DNA of 63,983 nt, counting the filler, from Tortispora ganteri (Eukaryota), in NCBI GenBank assembly GCA_003707115.1. It is 17 parts of 17 records of this genome, joined end to end, with 100 filler letters (N's around TTAATTAATTAA, not from the genome) between each part and the next. Parts side by side here need not be neighbours in the genome. Positions count along the whole stretch, not along the records: positions 1 to 4,325 come from PPNB01000082.1; positions 4,426 to 8,542 come from PPNB01000083.1; positions 8,643 to 12,656 come from PPNB01000084.1; 14 more parts are not named here. One strand, 5' to 3'. Position numbers and translations under genes: made by a program. The notes beneath the pieces are model-generated. The model saw nothing but the letters and a program-made list of their open reading frames with translations, searched no databases and was not told the DNA's origin. Below, one piece after another: positions 1-10,245 of the stretch (positions are counted from its first letter, which is position 1; the number at the start of each line of letters is the position of its first letter).

Positions 1-134
1 GACGATTCAGTGCCTTATCTATTTGAACTGTCCATTTGGTTTTGTAGACTATTATCCATTCCAGAATCCCGACTACAAACAACACTAGCTGAAAATTGCA
101 ATTGCGATTTCATGCGAACCTAGCTCACCGCAAA

Positions 135-800
135 TCAGAACAGAGTCTGTAGTGAGTTCTGAAGACAATACGCGAGGATTATACAGGAAGACGATATAGT
201 GTTTGACGAGACAGTGGCGGCCACGTCGTCTCGCTGGTAGTTCCTGTAGTCACCGTTCTGGATATCGCTGGACGACAAGTCTACTGCGCCCTCGTATATA
301 GCGGCAAATGCTTGGCCTGCGCTGTAGGCAGGTGCGGTTGAGCATGCGTCTGCAGGCACAGTCGTAGGGACAGTCGTAGGAACAGTCGTAGGGACAGTCG
401 TAGGAACAGTCGTAGGAACAGTCGCGGTAGCTGTAGCGGGGTGGGTAGGCGGAGACGGAGGTACTATAGTCTCCGTGATAATGACTGGAATCTCAATAGA
501 AACGTGCACGTCAACCGACACGGACATAGACACGGACTCGTAGTATGACCAGACATAGGTGTAGTCGTCTTTGACGAGCGGCGGACTAGGAACATAGGTC
601 ACCGTAGCGGGTGTGCATTGGTTGCAGTACCAGCCTGAAACTGTAGACACATGAGGCGCGCATTGGTCGTCGTAGACAGTCACACATTTAGCACCAGACT
701 CAGAAGTGTACAACCGCCCGTAGACAGTAGAAGTTTCAACAGGTGGGCTGCAAATGAGCGTGTTCGTTTCTACAATAGTACTGTATATTGTCTGCACCAT
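135..800 (-). pseudogene. Family member (MVQT type) truncated within domain A
   Basis: N-domain, PTTV repeats and start of domain A match paralogs up to VSSNTIS (~192), then run into unrelated sequence and stop. Confidence 0.7.
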
Positions 801-1439
801 AGAGAGCGATTGACGGCAAGAAGCGGCGCACAGTGCCTCCTTTAAATGTTAGCAGAAATCATAATAAACTTATTGGCTTTCTCAGTGAAAACCTATAACT
901 AAATGTTCGGTCTGGCCTTCTTGACATTCTTCTAATCACCTTGAACATCTCATAGTGGTTAAGTTTAAAGTTGGCCTTGCTGGATTGCTAGTGATTAAAG
1001 TATTAAAGTTCACACTAACGACTTTTACTCTAGAATTCGTGCTTTCGCTTTGCTGCAGAAAGTAAGGGGCAAGAACATGCAGGTATGCACTTTTGCATGG
1101 GGCATCAAAATTTTTAACGTGTTACTACCTATCAGCTTGCCGTATTATTAATTTAAATTGTTTTAAATATAAGAAGCAAATCCATTGCAGCTCATTATGC
1201 AGTGCAAAACATTGACCAGCTATTGATGTGGGCAGTTGAGAAGTGAGATAGAGTTTTCTCTATAACTATAATTCATGTTCGCATTTGTTTTTTTTTTCAA
1301 TACCTGCATTTTTTAGTAACGGTCTTTCTAACAATTCACAAAGACAACGACTCGTCTGTTTATCTGCATTTACTCAAACATGCGTTAGTGAATATGTTCA
1401 TAAATATTTAAATATGTAAATATGTAAGTATACACTTAA

Positions 1440-1915
1440 ACACTCGCAGGAATATCATATTTACGTTGAGTGCAGTGAAATCTAAGAACATATTCCACGC
1501 GGCCAACTGGTTGCTTTGGTCAATAACAACAATAATGCAGAATAGACACCAGTACGCAGAGCCAAACGACTTAAACATGATATTAACTAATGTCGTACTC
1601 GCACTGTCCACATTCAAGCCAGCATTGTACGAGCTTGGAGCACTACTGATAATCCCGACTCATCAAGGCATTCTGTAGCAACCCATCGCTACATACATAG
1701 TAGCATTCTCAACTACTTTAACAATGTAATTCAGTGTAAATAATGCATACATTGCATCGGTTTTAGGCTTGATATAACCATCAACTGAAAGGACCAGTTG
1801 TCTCACCTTGATATACACGGCTCACCGAGCAGTCAGTATAGCTAGTATCACTCAGTTAAACAGCCTTCTCGTCGAGCTTGTACAAAGTATCAGTTATTTT
1901 GCTCTGAAATTAGTA
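1440..1915 (-). pseudogene. Decayed GLEYA/PA14-like domain homologous to the last domain of the 15096 gene
   Basis: IVVIDQSNQLAAWNMFLDFTALNV vs VVVIDQDNRLAAWSTFLDFTALNV. DNA similarity continues to ~1915 with indels and stops. Confidence 0.8.
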
Positions 1916-1987
1916 TTTCTCTACCTATCATATTATTGCCGTTCCCACACCCGGCTGAAACCAATAATTTATTACAACAAAACTAAA

Positions 1988-4324
1988 CTAGACGGGTTTG
2001 GAGAAAGAAACATCAACAAATGTAGACATTTCAGTGTAGAACACTAATCGCAAGGGCGTCCATCCCACGGTTAATGTCTTATTTTTAAGCAAATAATAAT
2101 CATTGGTGCTCATGACACCCCATCCCCCGCTTCCAATTGCCTCCATGTCCCCGCAACTCATCGCCCCTTCCCCGCCGTACACGTATCCTATGTTCAAAGG
2201 TCTCAATGCAGAGACTTCATTTATGGTAGTCGGTCCGAGAACATACATCAGAACCTCCGTCACTGCATTGACATCAAGGTCAAAACCTATGTCATCATTA
2301 AGTATTGACACAACAACCTCACCGGCATCACCTCGCCGGTACTTCCCATCGGCTACCTCCTTTTCATTGTACTGTCTAAGATCCCCCTCCCACGATCGCC
2401 CCAGCAGCGTTTGCGACGGTTCGCACTGGCAGGCGTCTGACACCACTCCGCAGCTGCTGCTACTCGACACGCTAGAACTCCACTGAGCTGAGCTGGATAC
2501 GCTCCAACCAACACTCGAACTGACACTTGAATTGCCAGACGAAGTTGGTAAGACGCTCGAGTTGCTAAAAATCGAAGTGGGTAACACACTCGAGTTACTG
2601 TAGATCAAAGTCGGAAAGACGCTTGAAGAAGGCAAGATACTCGAGTTGCTGTAAGTCGAAGATGGTAAAACGCTCGAATTGCTAAATATCGAAGTTGTCA
2701 AGGCGCTCGAGTTATTATAGATCGACGTTGGTAAGGCACTTGAGTTACTATAGATCGATGTAGGCAAGACGCTTGAGTTGCTGTAGATTGAAGAGGGTAA
2801 GACACTCGAGTTACTGTAGATCGACGTAGACAAGGCGCTTGAGTTGCTGTAGAATGAAGAGGGTATGACACTCGAGTTGCTGTAGATCGACGTCGGTAAG
2901 GCACTTGAGTTGCTGTAAATTGATGATGGCAAGGCGCTCGAGTTACTATAGATCGACGTAGGCAAGAGACTCGAGTTGCTGTAGATCGATGTCGGTAAGG
3001 CGCTTGAGTTGCTGTAAATTGATGATGGCAAGGCGCTCGAGTTGCTATATATCGACGTCGGTAAAGCACTTGAGTTGCTGTAGATCGATGATGGCAAGGC
3101 GCTCGAGTTGCTGTAGATCGACGTCGGTAAGGCACTTGAATTATTATAGATCGACGTAGGCAAGAGACTCGAGTTGCTGTAGATCGATGTCGGTAAGGCG
3201 CTCGAGTTGCTGTAAATCGACGTCAGTAAAGCACTCGAGTTACTATAGATCGAAGACGGCAAGGCGCTCGAGTTGCTGTAGATCGACGTTGGTAAGGCGC
3301 TCGAGTTGCTGTAGATCGACGTCGGTATGACACTCGAGTTGCTGTAAATCGACGTCGGTAAAGCACTTGAGTTGCTGTAGATCGACGAGGGCAAGTGACT
3401 TGAGTTGCTGTAAATCGACGTCGGTAAAGCACTTGAGTTGCTGTAAATCGACGTCGGTAAAGCACTTGAGTTACTGTAGATCGACGAGGGCAAGAGACTT
3501 GAGTTGCTGTAGATCGACGTCGGTATGACACTCGAGTTGCTGTAGATCGACGTTGGTAAGGCGCTCGAGTTACTATAGATCGACGAGGGCAAGAGACTTG
3601 AGTTGCTGTAAATTGATGATGGCAAGACACTTGAGTTGTTGTAGATCGACGTCGGCAAGGTGCTCGAGTTGCTATAAATTGATGATGGCAAGACGCTCGA
3701 GTTACTATAGATCGAAGATGGCAAGACGCTCGAGTTACTATAGATCGACGAGGGCAAGAGACTTGAGTTGCTGTAGATCGAAGTTGGCAAGACGCTCGAG
3801 TTGCTGTAAATCGACGTCGGTAAAGCACTCGAGTTACTATAGATCGAAGATGGCAAGGCGCTCGAGTTGCTGTAGATCGACGTTGGTAAGGCGCTCGAGT
3901 TGCTGTAGATCGACGTCGGTATGACACTCGAGTTGCTGTAAATCGACGTCGGTAAAGCACTTGAGTTGCTGTAGATCGACGAGGGCAAGTGACTTGAGTT
4001 GCTGTAAATCGACGTCGGTAAAGCACTTGAGTTGCTTAACACTGATGAAGAAAACAGAATGCTCGAGACGTTAGACGAAGTAACCGGTAATGCACTTGAA
4101 TTGCTGTAGGCCGAAGTCGGTAAGGCGCTCGAGTTGCTTAATACCGATGAAACTGGCACAACACTTGAATTGCTTAAAATCGTTGAAGACGCAAGAACGC
4201 TCGAGCTAGCAACTGAAGCACTTGGCAACATGCTTGAATTACCAAATGTAGAAGTTGACACGACAGCACTCGAGAAGCTTAAGAAAGAGGTCGACAGCAG
4301 ACTTGAGTTGCTGATTATTGAAGA
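1988..4324 (-). CDS. Family member, 3' part: NSS-decamer Ser stalk plus C-terminal variable GLEYA/PA14-like domain (5' partial)
   Basis: ORF open to the contig edge; LP(S/T)SIYSNSSx repeats; terminal domain CQCEPSQ...ADGKYR...EVLMYV...GEGAMSCG...GWTPLRLV. Confidence 0.88.
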   Translation of the reverse strand, partial: SSIISNSSLLSTSFLSFSSAVVSTSTFGNSSMLPSASVASSSVLASSTILSNSSVVPVSSVLSNSSALPTSAYSNSSALPVTSSNVSSILFSSSVLSNSSALPTSIYSNSSHLPSSIYSNSSALPTSIYSNSSVIPTSIYSNSSALPTSIYSNSSALPSSIYSNSSALPTSIYSNSSVLPTSIYSNSSLLPSSIYSNSSVLPSSIYSNSSVLPSSIYSNSSTLPTSIYNNSSVLPSSIYSNSSLLPSSIYSNSSALPTSIYSNSSVIPTSIYSNSSLLPSSIYSNSSALPTSIYSNSSALPTSIYSNSSHLPSSIYSNSSALPTSIYSNSSVIPTSIYSNSSALPTSIYSNSSALPSSIYSNSSALLTSIYSNSSALPTSIYSNSSLLPTSIYNNSSALPTSIYSNSSALPSSIYSNSSALPTSIYSNSSALPSSIYSNSSALPTSIYSNSSLLPTSIYSNSSALPSSIYSNSSALPTSIYSNSSVIPSSFYSNSSALSTSIYSNSSVLPSSIYSNSSVLPTSIYSNSSALPTSIYNNSSALTTSIFSNSSVLPSSTYSNSSILPSSSVFPTLIYSNSSVLPTSIFSNSSVLPTSSGNSSVSSSVGWSVSSSAQWSSSVSSSSSCGVVSDACQCEPSQTLLGRSWEGDLRQYNEKEVADGKYRRGDAGEVVVSILNDDIGFDLDVNAVTEVLMYVLGPTTINEVSALRPLNIGYVYGGEGAMSCGDMEAIGSGGWGVMSTNDYYLLKNKTLTVGWTPLRLVFYTEMSTFVDVSFSKPV
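2540..4035 (-). repeat. 30-bp coding minisatellite (LP[S/T]SIYSNSS[A/V/L]), roughly 50 units
   Basis: Directly visible tandem units such as ctcgagttgctgtagatcgacgtcggtaag. Confidence 0.95.
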
Positions 4325-4325
4325 A

Positions 4326-4425
4326 NNNNNNNNNNNNNNNNNNNNNNNNNNNNNNNNNNNNNNNNNNNNTTAATTAATTAANNNNNNNNNNNNNNNNNNN
4401 NNNNNNNNNNNNNNNNNNNNNNNNN
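4326..4425. other. Artificial contig linker N44-TTAATTAATTAA-N44 (first of 16)
   Basis: Identical 100-nt six-frame-stop linker. Other copies start at 8543, 12657, 16763, 20710, 24542, 28350, 32119, 35870, 39600, 43321, 46993, 50498, 53978, 57451 and 60913. Internal contig lengths fall monotonically from 4117 to 3362 bp. Confidence 0.98.
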
Positions 4426-5059
4426 GGTAAAACAGGTACTCGACGTAGCCTTGTTCGGAAACTGATGCCGATATAGAGTTTGACGAGACAGTGGCGGCCA
4501 CGTCGTCTCGCTGGTAGTTCCTGTAGTCACCGTTCTGGATATCGCTGGACGACAAGTCTACTGCGCCCTCGTATATAGCGGCAAATGCTTGGCCTGCGTT
4601 GTAGGCAGGTGCGGTTGAGCATGCATCTGCAGGCACAGTAGTGGGCACAGTCGTAGGGACAGTCGTAGGGACAGTCGTAGGGACAGTCGCGGTAGCTGTA
4701 GCCGGGTGAGTAGGCGGAGGCGCTATAGTCTCCGTGATAATGACTGGAATCTCAATGGAGACTTGCACGTCAACCGACACGGAAATAGACACGGACTCGT
4801 AATAAGACCAAACGTAGGTACAGTCGTCTTTGACAAGAGGCGGACTAGGTACATAGGTCACCGTAGCGGGTATGCACTGGTTGCAGTACCAGCCTGAAAC
4901 CGTAGACACGTGGGGCGCACATTGGTCGTCGTAGACGGTCGCACGTGTAGCATCAGACTCTGAAGTGTATAAGCGTCCGTAGACAGTAGAAGTTTCAACA
5001 GGTGGGCTGCAAATGAGCGTGTTCGTTTCCACGATAGTACTGTATATTGTCTGCACCAT
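4426..5059 (-). CDS. Family member 5' part (N-domain, PTTV linker, start of domain A; 3' partial)
   Basis: ATG at 5059 (MVQTIYSTIVETNTLICSPP); runs off the contig. Confidence 0.85.
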
Positions 5060-6900
5060 GGCGAGCAACTGGGGCTAAACGCTGTGCCTCACCCTTATTA
5101 TAACTGCTAGCAAAAAGCATAATAAGCTTATTGGCTTTTCCAGCAGAATTGGTCACTAATTGTCTGGTCTGGCCTTCTTGACATTCTTTAAATCATCCTG
5201 AATATCTCATAGTGGTATAAAGAAAGTTGGCCTTATTTGGTTGCTGGGCATTTAGAGTTATTAGAGTTCACGCTAAACGACTTTTTAGCCTCAAACTTGT
5301 GCGCTCATTGTACTGCAGAAAGTAACTGGCAAGAACTAAAGCTGTGCATGTACTGTTTAGTGTATTACAGTGTTAACAGTTTTCTGGTAAAATTTCAAAA
5401 AAATAAATATATTGTAGCTCGTTATATTGTAAAAATTATTGACTAATCATTGATATGTACTTGCCGCTGGGAAGTACTAGTTTCTCTATAAGTTAGATAA
5501 AGTTTCAAGTTGAGCTTAGATCAATAATATATAAGTATAATTTTATGCATGTTCAAGATTATATGATTGAATGAAACCCTGAAAACGTTCGCTTGAGGTT
5601 GCAGTAATTAAATAATTTTCAAATACCGCCTACTAAGTTTCTATTTGAGCGATTAAATATATCGAATTGAGTCGTTAATAGTCTAAAAAGCGCCTTGATT
5701 CACAGTAATTATCTAAGTAACACCTCATTGCAATTATCGCATGATTATTTATTAATGAGATTAATCGTTGAAGGGTCTCTTTTTCGTAATTCTATATATT
5801 TACGCATACTGCCTTCTTCTCACTCTTATTTCTATAGATGTTTTATATTCTTGGTCTTTTTGGAGACCAACTCTATAGCTCGCAATCTAATCGCGGTAAA
5901 CTAGCTTCACCGATATCTAGGTGTCCGGAGATTCAAGGAAATTAGCACTGCCTGTATTTCTTGGCCAATTGGTAAACTTAGCTCAAAACTTCATCAAGGG
6001 GAAAAATTGTAAAAGAAATCTGTTGCAATTGTTGTTCTCGCTTGTTCTTCAAGTAACGCATTTGCACTGCTTTGCAGTTTTCTGCTTTCGATACGCCATT
6101 GTACCCATCTTCGATTCCAAGCATATCATCCTGCATAATCCCGCGTGCTATACAGTTGCCATACTGCGAGAATATAGACAGTTAATGAAATCCTCAACTT
6201 TTTCTTAGAGCGATACGCCAATAACAAGGTGCATAGATTTCGTTGCGCGCTAGAATCTACCGAAAAGCAAAAATAAAAAACCTTATCTACCGTTTAACCA
6301 ACTGTAATGGTTTTTGTCATGTGCCACTAACTGCCTAATTTATGATACACCCTGCATTCCGTTCACTCGCTCAGCAACAAAGTATACAACCTGCCAGGCT
6401 CTGCTTCATTGATTTCTTGGTCCACGAGTATTGCTGCCATGCTGCAATTTGCAGTTTGCAGTTTGCACTACAGCTGCGGTTATCGCACTAGTCTCCTCTC
6501 GCTCATTTAATTAGATTTTAAGTTCACCTAGCATGTGTTCAGTAGGCTTTCCGGGTACCGCACTTTTAGTTTCGATAGTTTTGGCAATTCACGTAGACAA
6601 TGCCTGCTCATTTACATTCAGTCAAACATGCATCAATAGTAGGGGTGGCGGGGGTTTTATATATATTGAATTACTATTTCGGGACGTCACGTGACTAGTG
6701 CTTATTTCCCTTTCGGGAAGTCACGTGCTTATGATTATTCCCATTTCGGACTGTCCCAATCGGGAAATTTCTTAAACTCTATCTTACTTGTCTAATCTCC
6801 GCTATCGCCGAGATTAGTCTCCATTCCCCTTCAATTTTCTCTCTCTCTACTCCCGTCCACACACTCCTTGAAACGATCAATTTATAACTACAAATATAAA
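5060..6900. repeat. Intergenic spacer of the tandem array (dispersed repeat)
   Basis: Blockwise homologous to 801-1400, 9025-9660, 13388-15095, 29754-31484, 39700-40699, 54270-55865 and 61013-61328. Confidence 0.85.
6641..6762 (-). promoter_or_regulatory. Conserved cis-element cluster downstream of the stop codon (CCAAT, GACGTCACGTGA, TATATAAAA, GC box)
   Basis: Same motif order at 40487-40572 and 41236-41323. Confidence 0.4.
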
Positions 6901-8541
6901 CTAGACATTAGAGTTGAAATAAATGTTAGCACTGCCCGAGTCTCCACTGTATAACACAAGTCGCAACGGCGTCCACCCCTCCGACAATGACAGATCAATA
7001 GGCCAAAAGTCCCCTGACTCGAATGCGTGCACGAGTTTCCATCCACCGCTTCCGATTGCCTCTATGTCCCCGCATCTCATCCCACTTTCCCCAACAAACA
7101 TATACCCTAAGTAGGTAAAGGGCCCATTGACATACTCTATCTGGAAATGACTTATCACGTTTGGTCCGTGAACATATACCAGCACCTCCGACACTTCATT
7201 CGGATTATCGTAGCCGCTACGTACAAGAGGCCCCATAATATCCACGTCAACATTGCCGGAATTCCTCTCCCGGTACTTCCCATCGGCTACCTCCGTTTCA
7301 TTGTACTCCCTAAGGTCCACCGCCCACCTTCTTGCCAGCAGCCTCTGTGAAGGTTCGCACTTGCAAGCGTTTGACACCACTCCACAGCTGCTGCTACTCG
7401 AGGCGCTAGAACTCCACTGAGCTGAGCTGGATACGCTCGAACTGACACTCGAACTGGGACTTGAACTTGAACTCAAACTAGAACTAGAAATAGAACTAGA
7501 AACAGAACTAGAACTAGAACTAGAACTAGAACTAGAACTAGAACTCAGACTAGAGCTCAAACTAGAACTCAAACTAGAACTAGAACTAGAACTAGAACTA
7601 GAACTCAAACTAGAACTAAAACTAGAACTAGAACTAGAACTAGAACTAGAACTAGAACTAGAACTAGAACTAGAACTAGAACTAGAACTAGAACTAGAAC
7701 TAGAACTAGAACTAGAACTAGAACTAGAACTAGAACTAGAACTAGAACTGCTTAACACCAATGAAGATCCCACAATTCCAGACGAAGAAACTGTCAATCT
7801 GCTAGAGTTGCCCGTCGATGTCGGCAAGACGCTTGAGTTGCTGTAGATCGAAGATGGCAAAGCACTCGAGTTGCTGTACATCGATGTTGATAACACACTC
7901 GAGTTGCTGTAGATCGAAGATGGCAAGGCACTCGAGTTGCTATAGATCGATGTTGATAACACACTCGAGTTGCTGTAGATCGAAGATGGCAAGGCACTCG
8001 AGTTGCTGTAGATCGAAGAGGGTATGATACTCGAGTTGCTGTAGATCGACGTCGGTAAGGCGCTCGAGTTACTGTAAATTGATGATGGCAAGAGACTTGA
8101 GTTGCTGAAGATCGAAGAGGGTATGACACTCGAGTTGCTGTAGATCGACGATGGCAAGAGACTTGAGTTGCTATAGATCGACGAGGGCAAGACGCTCGAG
8201 TTGCTATAGATCGACGTCGGTAAAGCACTTGAGTTACTGTAGATCGACGTCGGTATGACACTCGAGTTGCTGTAGATCGACGTCGGCAAGGCGCTCGAGT
8301 TACTGTAAATTGATGATGGCAAGGTGCTCGAGTTGCTGTAAATCGAAGATGGCAAGACAGTAGAGTTGCTGAAGATCGAAGTTGGCAAGACGCTCGAGTT
8401 GCTGTAGATCGAAGAGTGTATGACACTCGAGTTGCTGTAAATCGATGATGGTAAGAGACTTGAGTTACTGTAAATTGATGATGGCAAGGTGCTCGAGTTG
8501 CTGTAAATCGAAGATGGTATGATACTCGAGTTGCTGTAGAT
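6901..8541 (-). CDS. Family member 3' part: NSS stalk, poly-Ser and C-terminal variable domain (5' partial)
   Basis: ORF open to the contig edge; terminal domain CKCEPSQRLL...GWTPLRLVLY. Confidence 0.88.
   Translation of the reverse strand: MYSNSSIIPSSIYSNSSTLPSSIYSNSSLLPSSIYSNSSVIHSSIYSNSSVLPTSIFSNSTVLPSSIYSNSSTLPSSIYSNSSALPTSIYSNSSVIPTSIYSNSSALPTSIYSNSSVLPSSIYSNSSLLPSSIYSNSSVIPSSIFSNSSLLPSSIYSNSSALPTSIYSNSSIIPSSIYSNSSALPSSIYSNSSVLSTSIYSNSSALPSSIYSNSSVLSTSMYSNSSALPSSIYSNSSVLPTSTGNSSRLTVSSSGIVGSSLVLSSSSSSSSSSSSSSSSSSSSSSSSSSSSSSSSSSSSSSSSSSSSFSSSLSSSSSSSSSSSLSSSLSSSLSSSSSSSSSSSSSSVSSSISSSSLSSSSSPSSSVSSSVSSSAQWSSSASSSSSCGVVSNACKCEPSQRLLARRWAVDLREYNETEVADGKYRERNSGNVDVDIMGPLVRSGYDNPNEVSEVLVYVHGPNVISHFQIEYVNGPFTYLGYMFVGESGMRCGDIEAIGSGGWKLVHAFESGDFWPIDLSLSEGWTPLRLVLYSGDSGSANIYFNSNV
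7470..7748 (-). repeat. (AGTTCT)n poly-serine microsatellite
   Basis: (GAACTA)n on the + strand. Confidence 0.95.
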
Positions 8542-8642
8542 CNNNNNNNNNNNNNNNNNNNNNNNNNNNNNNNNNNNNNNNNNNNNTTAATTAATTAANN
8601 NNNNNNNNNNNNNNNNNNNNNNNNNNNNNNNNNNNNNNNNNN

Positions 8643-9024
8643 CTGTAGTGGGTGGCGTAGCGGGGTGAGTAGGCGGAGGCGTAGGTGCTATAGTCTCCGT
8701 GATAATGACTGGAATCTCAATAGAGACGTGCACGTCAACCGACACGGACATGGACACGGACTCGTAGTATGACCAGACGTACGTACAGTCGTCTTTGACG
8801 AGCGGCGGACTAGGTACATAGGTCACCGTAGCGGGTGTGCATTGGTTGCAGTACCAGCCTGAAACTGTAGACACATGAGGCGCGCATTGGTCGTCGTAGA
8901 CAGTCACACGTTTAGCACCAGACTCAGAAGTGTACAACCGCCCGTAGACAGTGGAAGTTTCAATAGGTGGGCTGCAAATGAGCGTGTTCGTTTCTACAAT
9001 AGTACTGTATATTGTCTGCACCAT
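8643..9024 (-). CDS. Family member 5' part (N-domain); continues in the 41469-43320 contig
   Basis: MVQT start; 8643-8758 is identical to 43205-43320. Confidence 0.85.
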
Positions 9025-9697
9025 AGAGAGCGATTGACGGCAAGAAGCGGCGCACAGTGCCTCCTTTAAATGTTAGCAGAAATCATAATAAACTTATTGG
9101 CCTTTTCAGTGAAAACCTATAACTAAATGTTCGGTCTGGCCTTCTTGACATTCTTCTAATCACCTTGAACATCTCATAGTGGTTAAGTTTAAAGTTGGCC
9201 TTGCTGGATTGCTAGTGATTAAAGTATTAAAGTTCACACTAACGACTTTTACTCTAGAATTCGTGCTTTCGCTTTGCTGCAGAAAGTAAGGGGCAAGAAC
9301 ATGCAGGTATGTACTTTTGCATGGGGCAACAAAATTTTTAACGTGTTACTACCTATCAGCTTGCAGTATTATTAATTTAAATTGTTTTAAATATAAAGAA
9401 GCAAATCCATTGCAGCTCATTATGCAGTGCAAAACATTGACCAGCTATTGATGTGGGCAGTTGAGAAGTGAGATAGAGTTTTCTCTATTAACTATAATTC
9501 ATGTTCGCATTTGTTTTTTTTTTCAATACCTGCATTTTTTAGTAACGGTCTTTCTAACAATTCACAAAGACAACGACTCGTCTGTTTATCTGCATTTACT
9601 CAAACATGCGTTAGTGAATATGTTTATAAATATTTAAATGTGTAAATATGTAAATATGTAAATATTTAAATATGTAAATATGTAAGTATACATTTAA

Positions 9698-10173
9698 ACA
9701 CTCGCAGGAATATCATATTTACGTTGAGTGCAGTGAAATCTAAGAACATATTCCACGCGGCCAACTGGTTGCTTTGGTCAATAATAACAATAATGCAGAA
9801 TAGACACCAGTACGCAGAGCCAAACGACTTAAACATGATATTAACTAATGTCGTACTCGCACTGTCCACATTCAAGCCAGCATTGTACGAGCTTGGAGCA
9901 CTACTGATAATCCCGACTCATTAAGGCATTCTGTAGCAACCCATCGCTACATACATAGTAGCATTCTCAACTCCTTTAACAATGTTATTCAGTGTAAATA
10001 ATGCATACATTGCATCGGTTTTAGGCTTGATATAACCATCAACTGAAAGGACCAGTTGTCTCACCTTGATATACACGGCTCACCGAGCTGTCAGTATAGC
10101 TAGTATCACTCAGTTAAACAGCCTTCTCGTCGAGCTTGTACAAAGTATCAGTTATTTTGCTCTGAAATTAGTA
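9698..10173 (-). pseudogene. Decayed GLEYA/PA14-like domain (second copy)
   Basis: Near-identical to 1440-1915. Confidence 0.8.
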
Positions 10174-10245
10174 TTCCTCTACCTATCATATTATTGCCGT
10201 TCCCACACCCGGCTGAAACCAATAATTTATTACAACAAAACTAAA

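Noticed and set aside
838..856. TGCTAAC branch point plus AG before the MVQT start, suggesting an upstream exon
   Set aside because: Not conserved in paralogs (GCTAC, GCTAG, GGTAG), whereas the TATA-like motif is. Not fully excluded without RNA data.
1988..2452. Diversity-generating retroelement behind the tip variation
   Set aside because: Loops vary in length, substitutions are not clearly adenine-specific, and no template repeat or DGR reverse transcriptase is visible. The only retroelement is a copia on another contig.
4370..4381. TTAATTAATTAA palindrome repeated 16 times; ORFs ending in X...LIN
   Set aside because: Artificial linker, always centred in 88 Ns.
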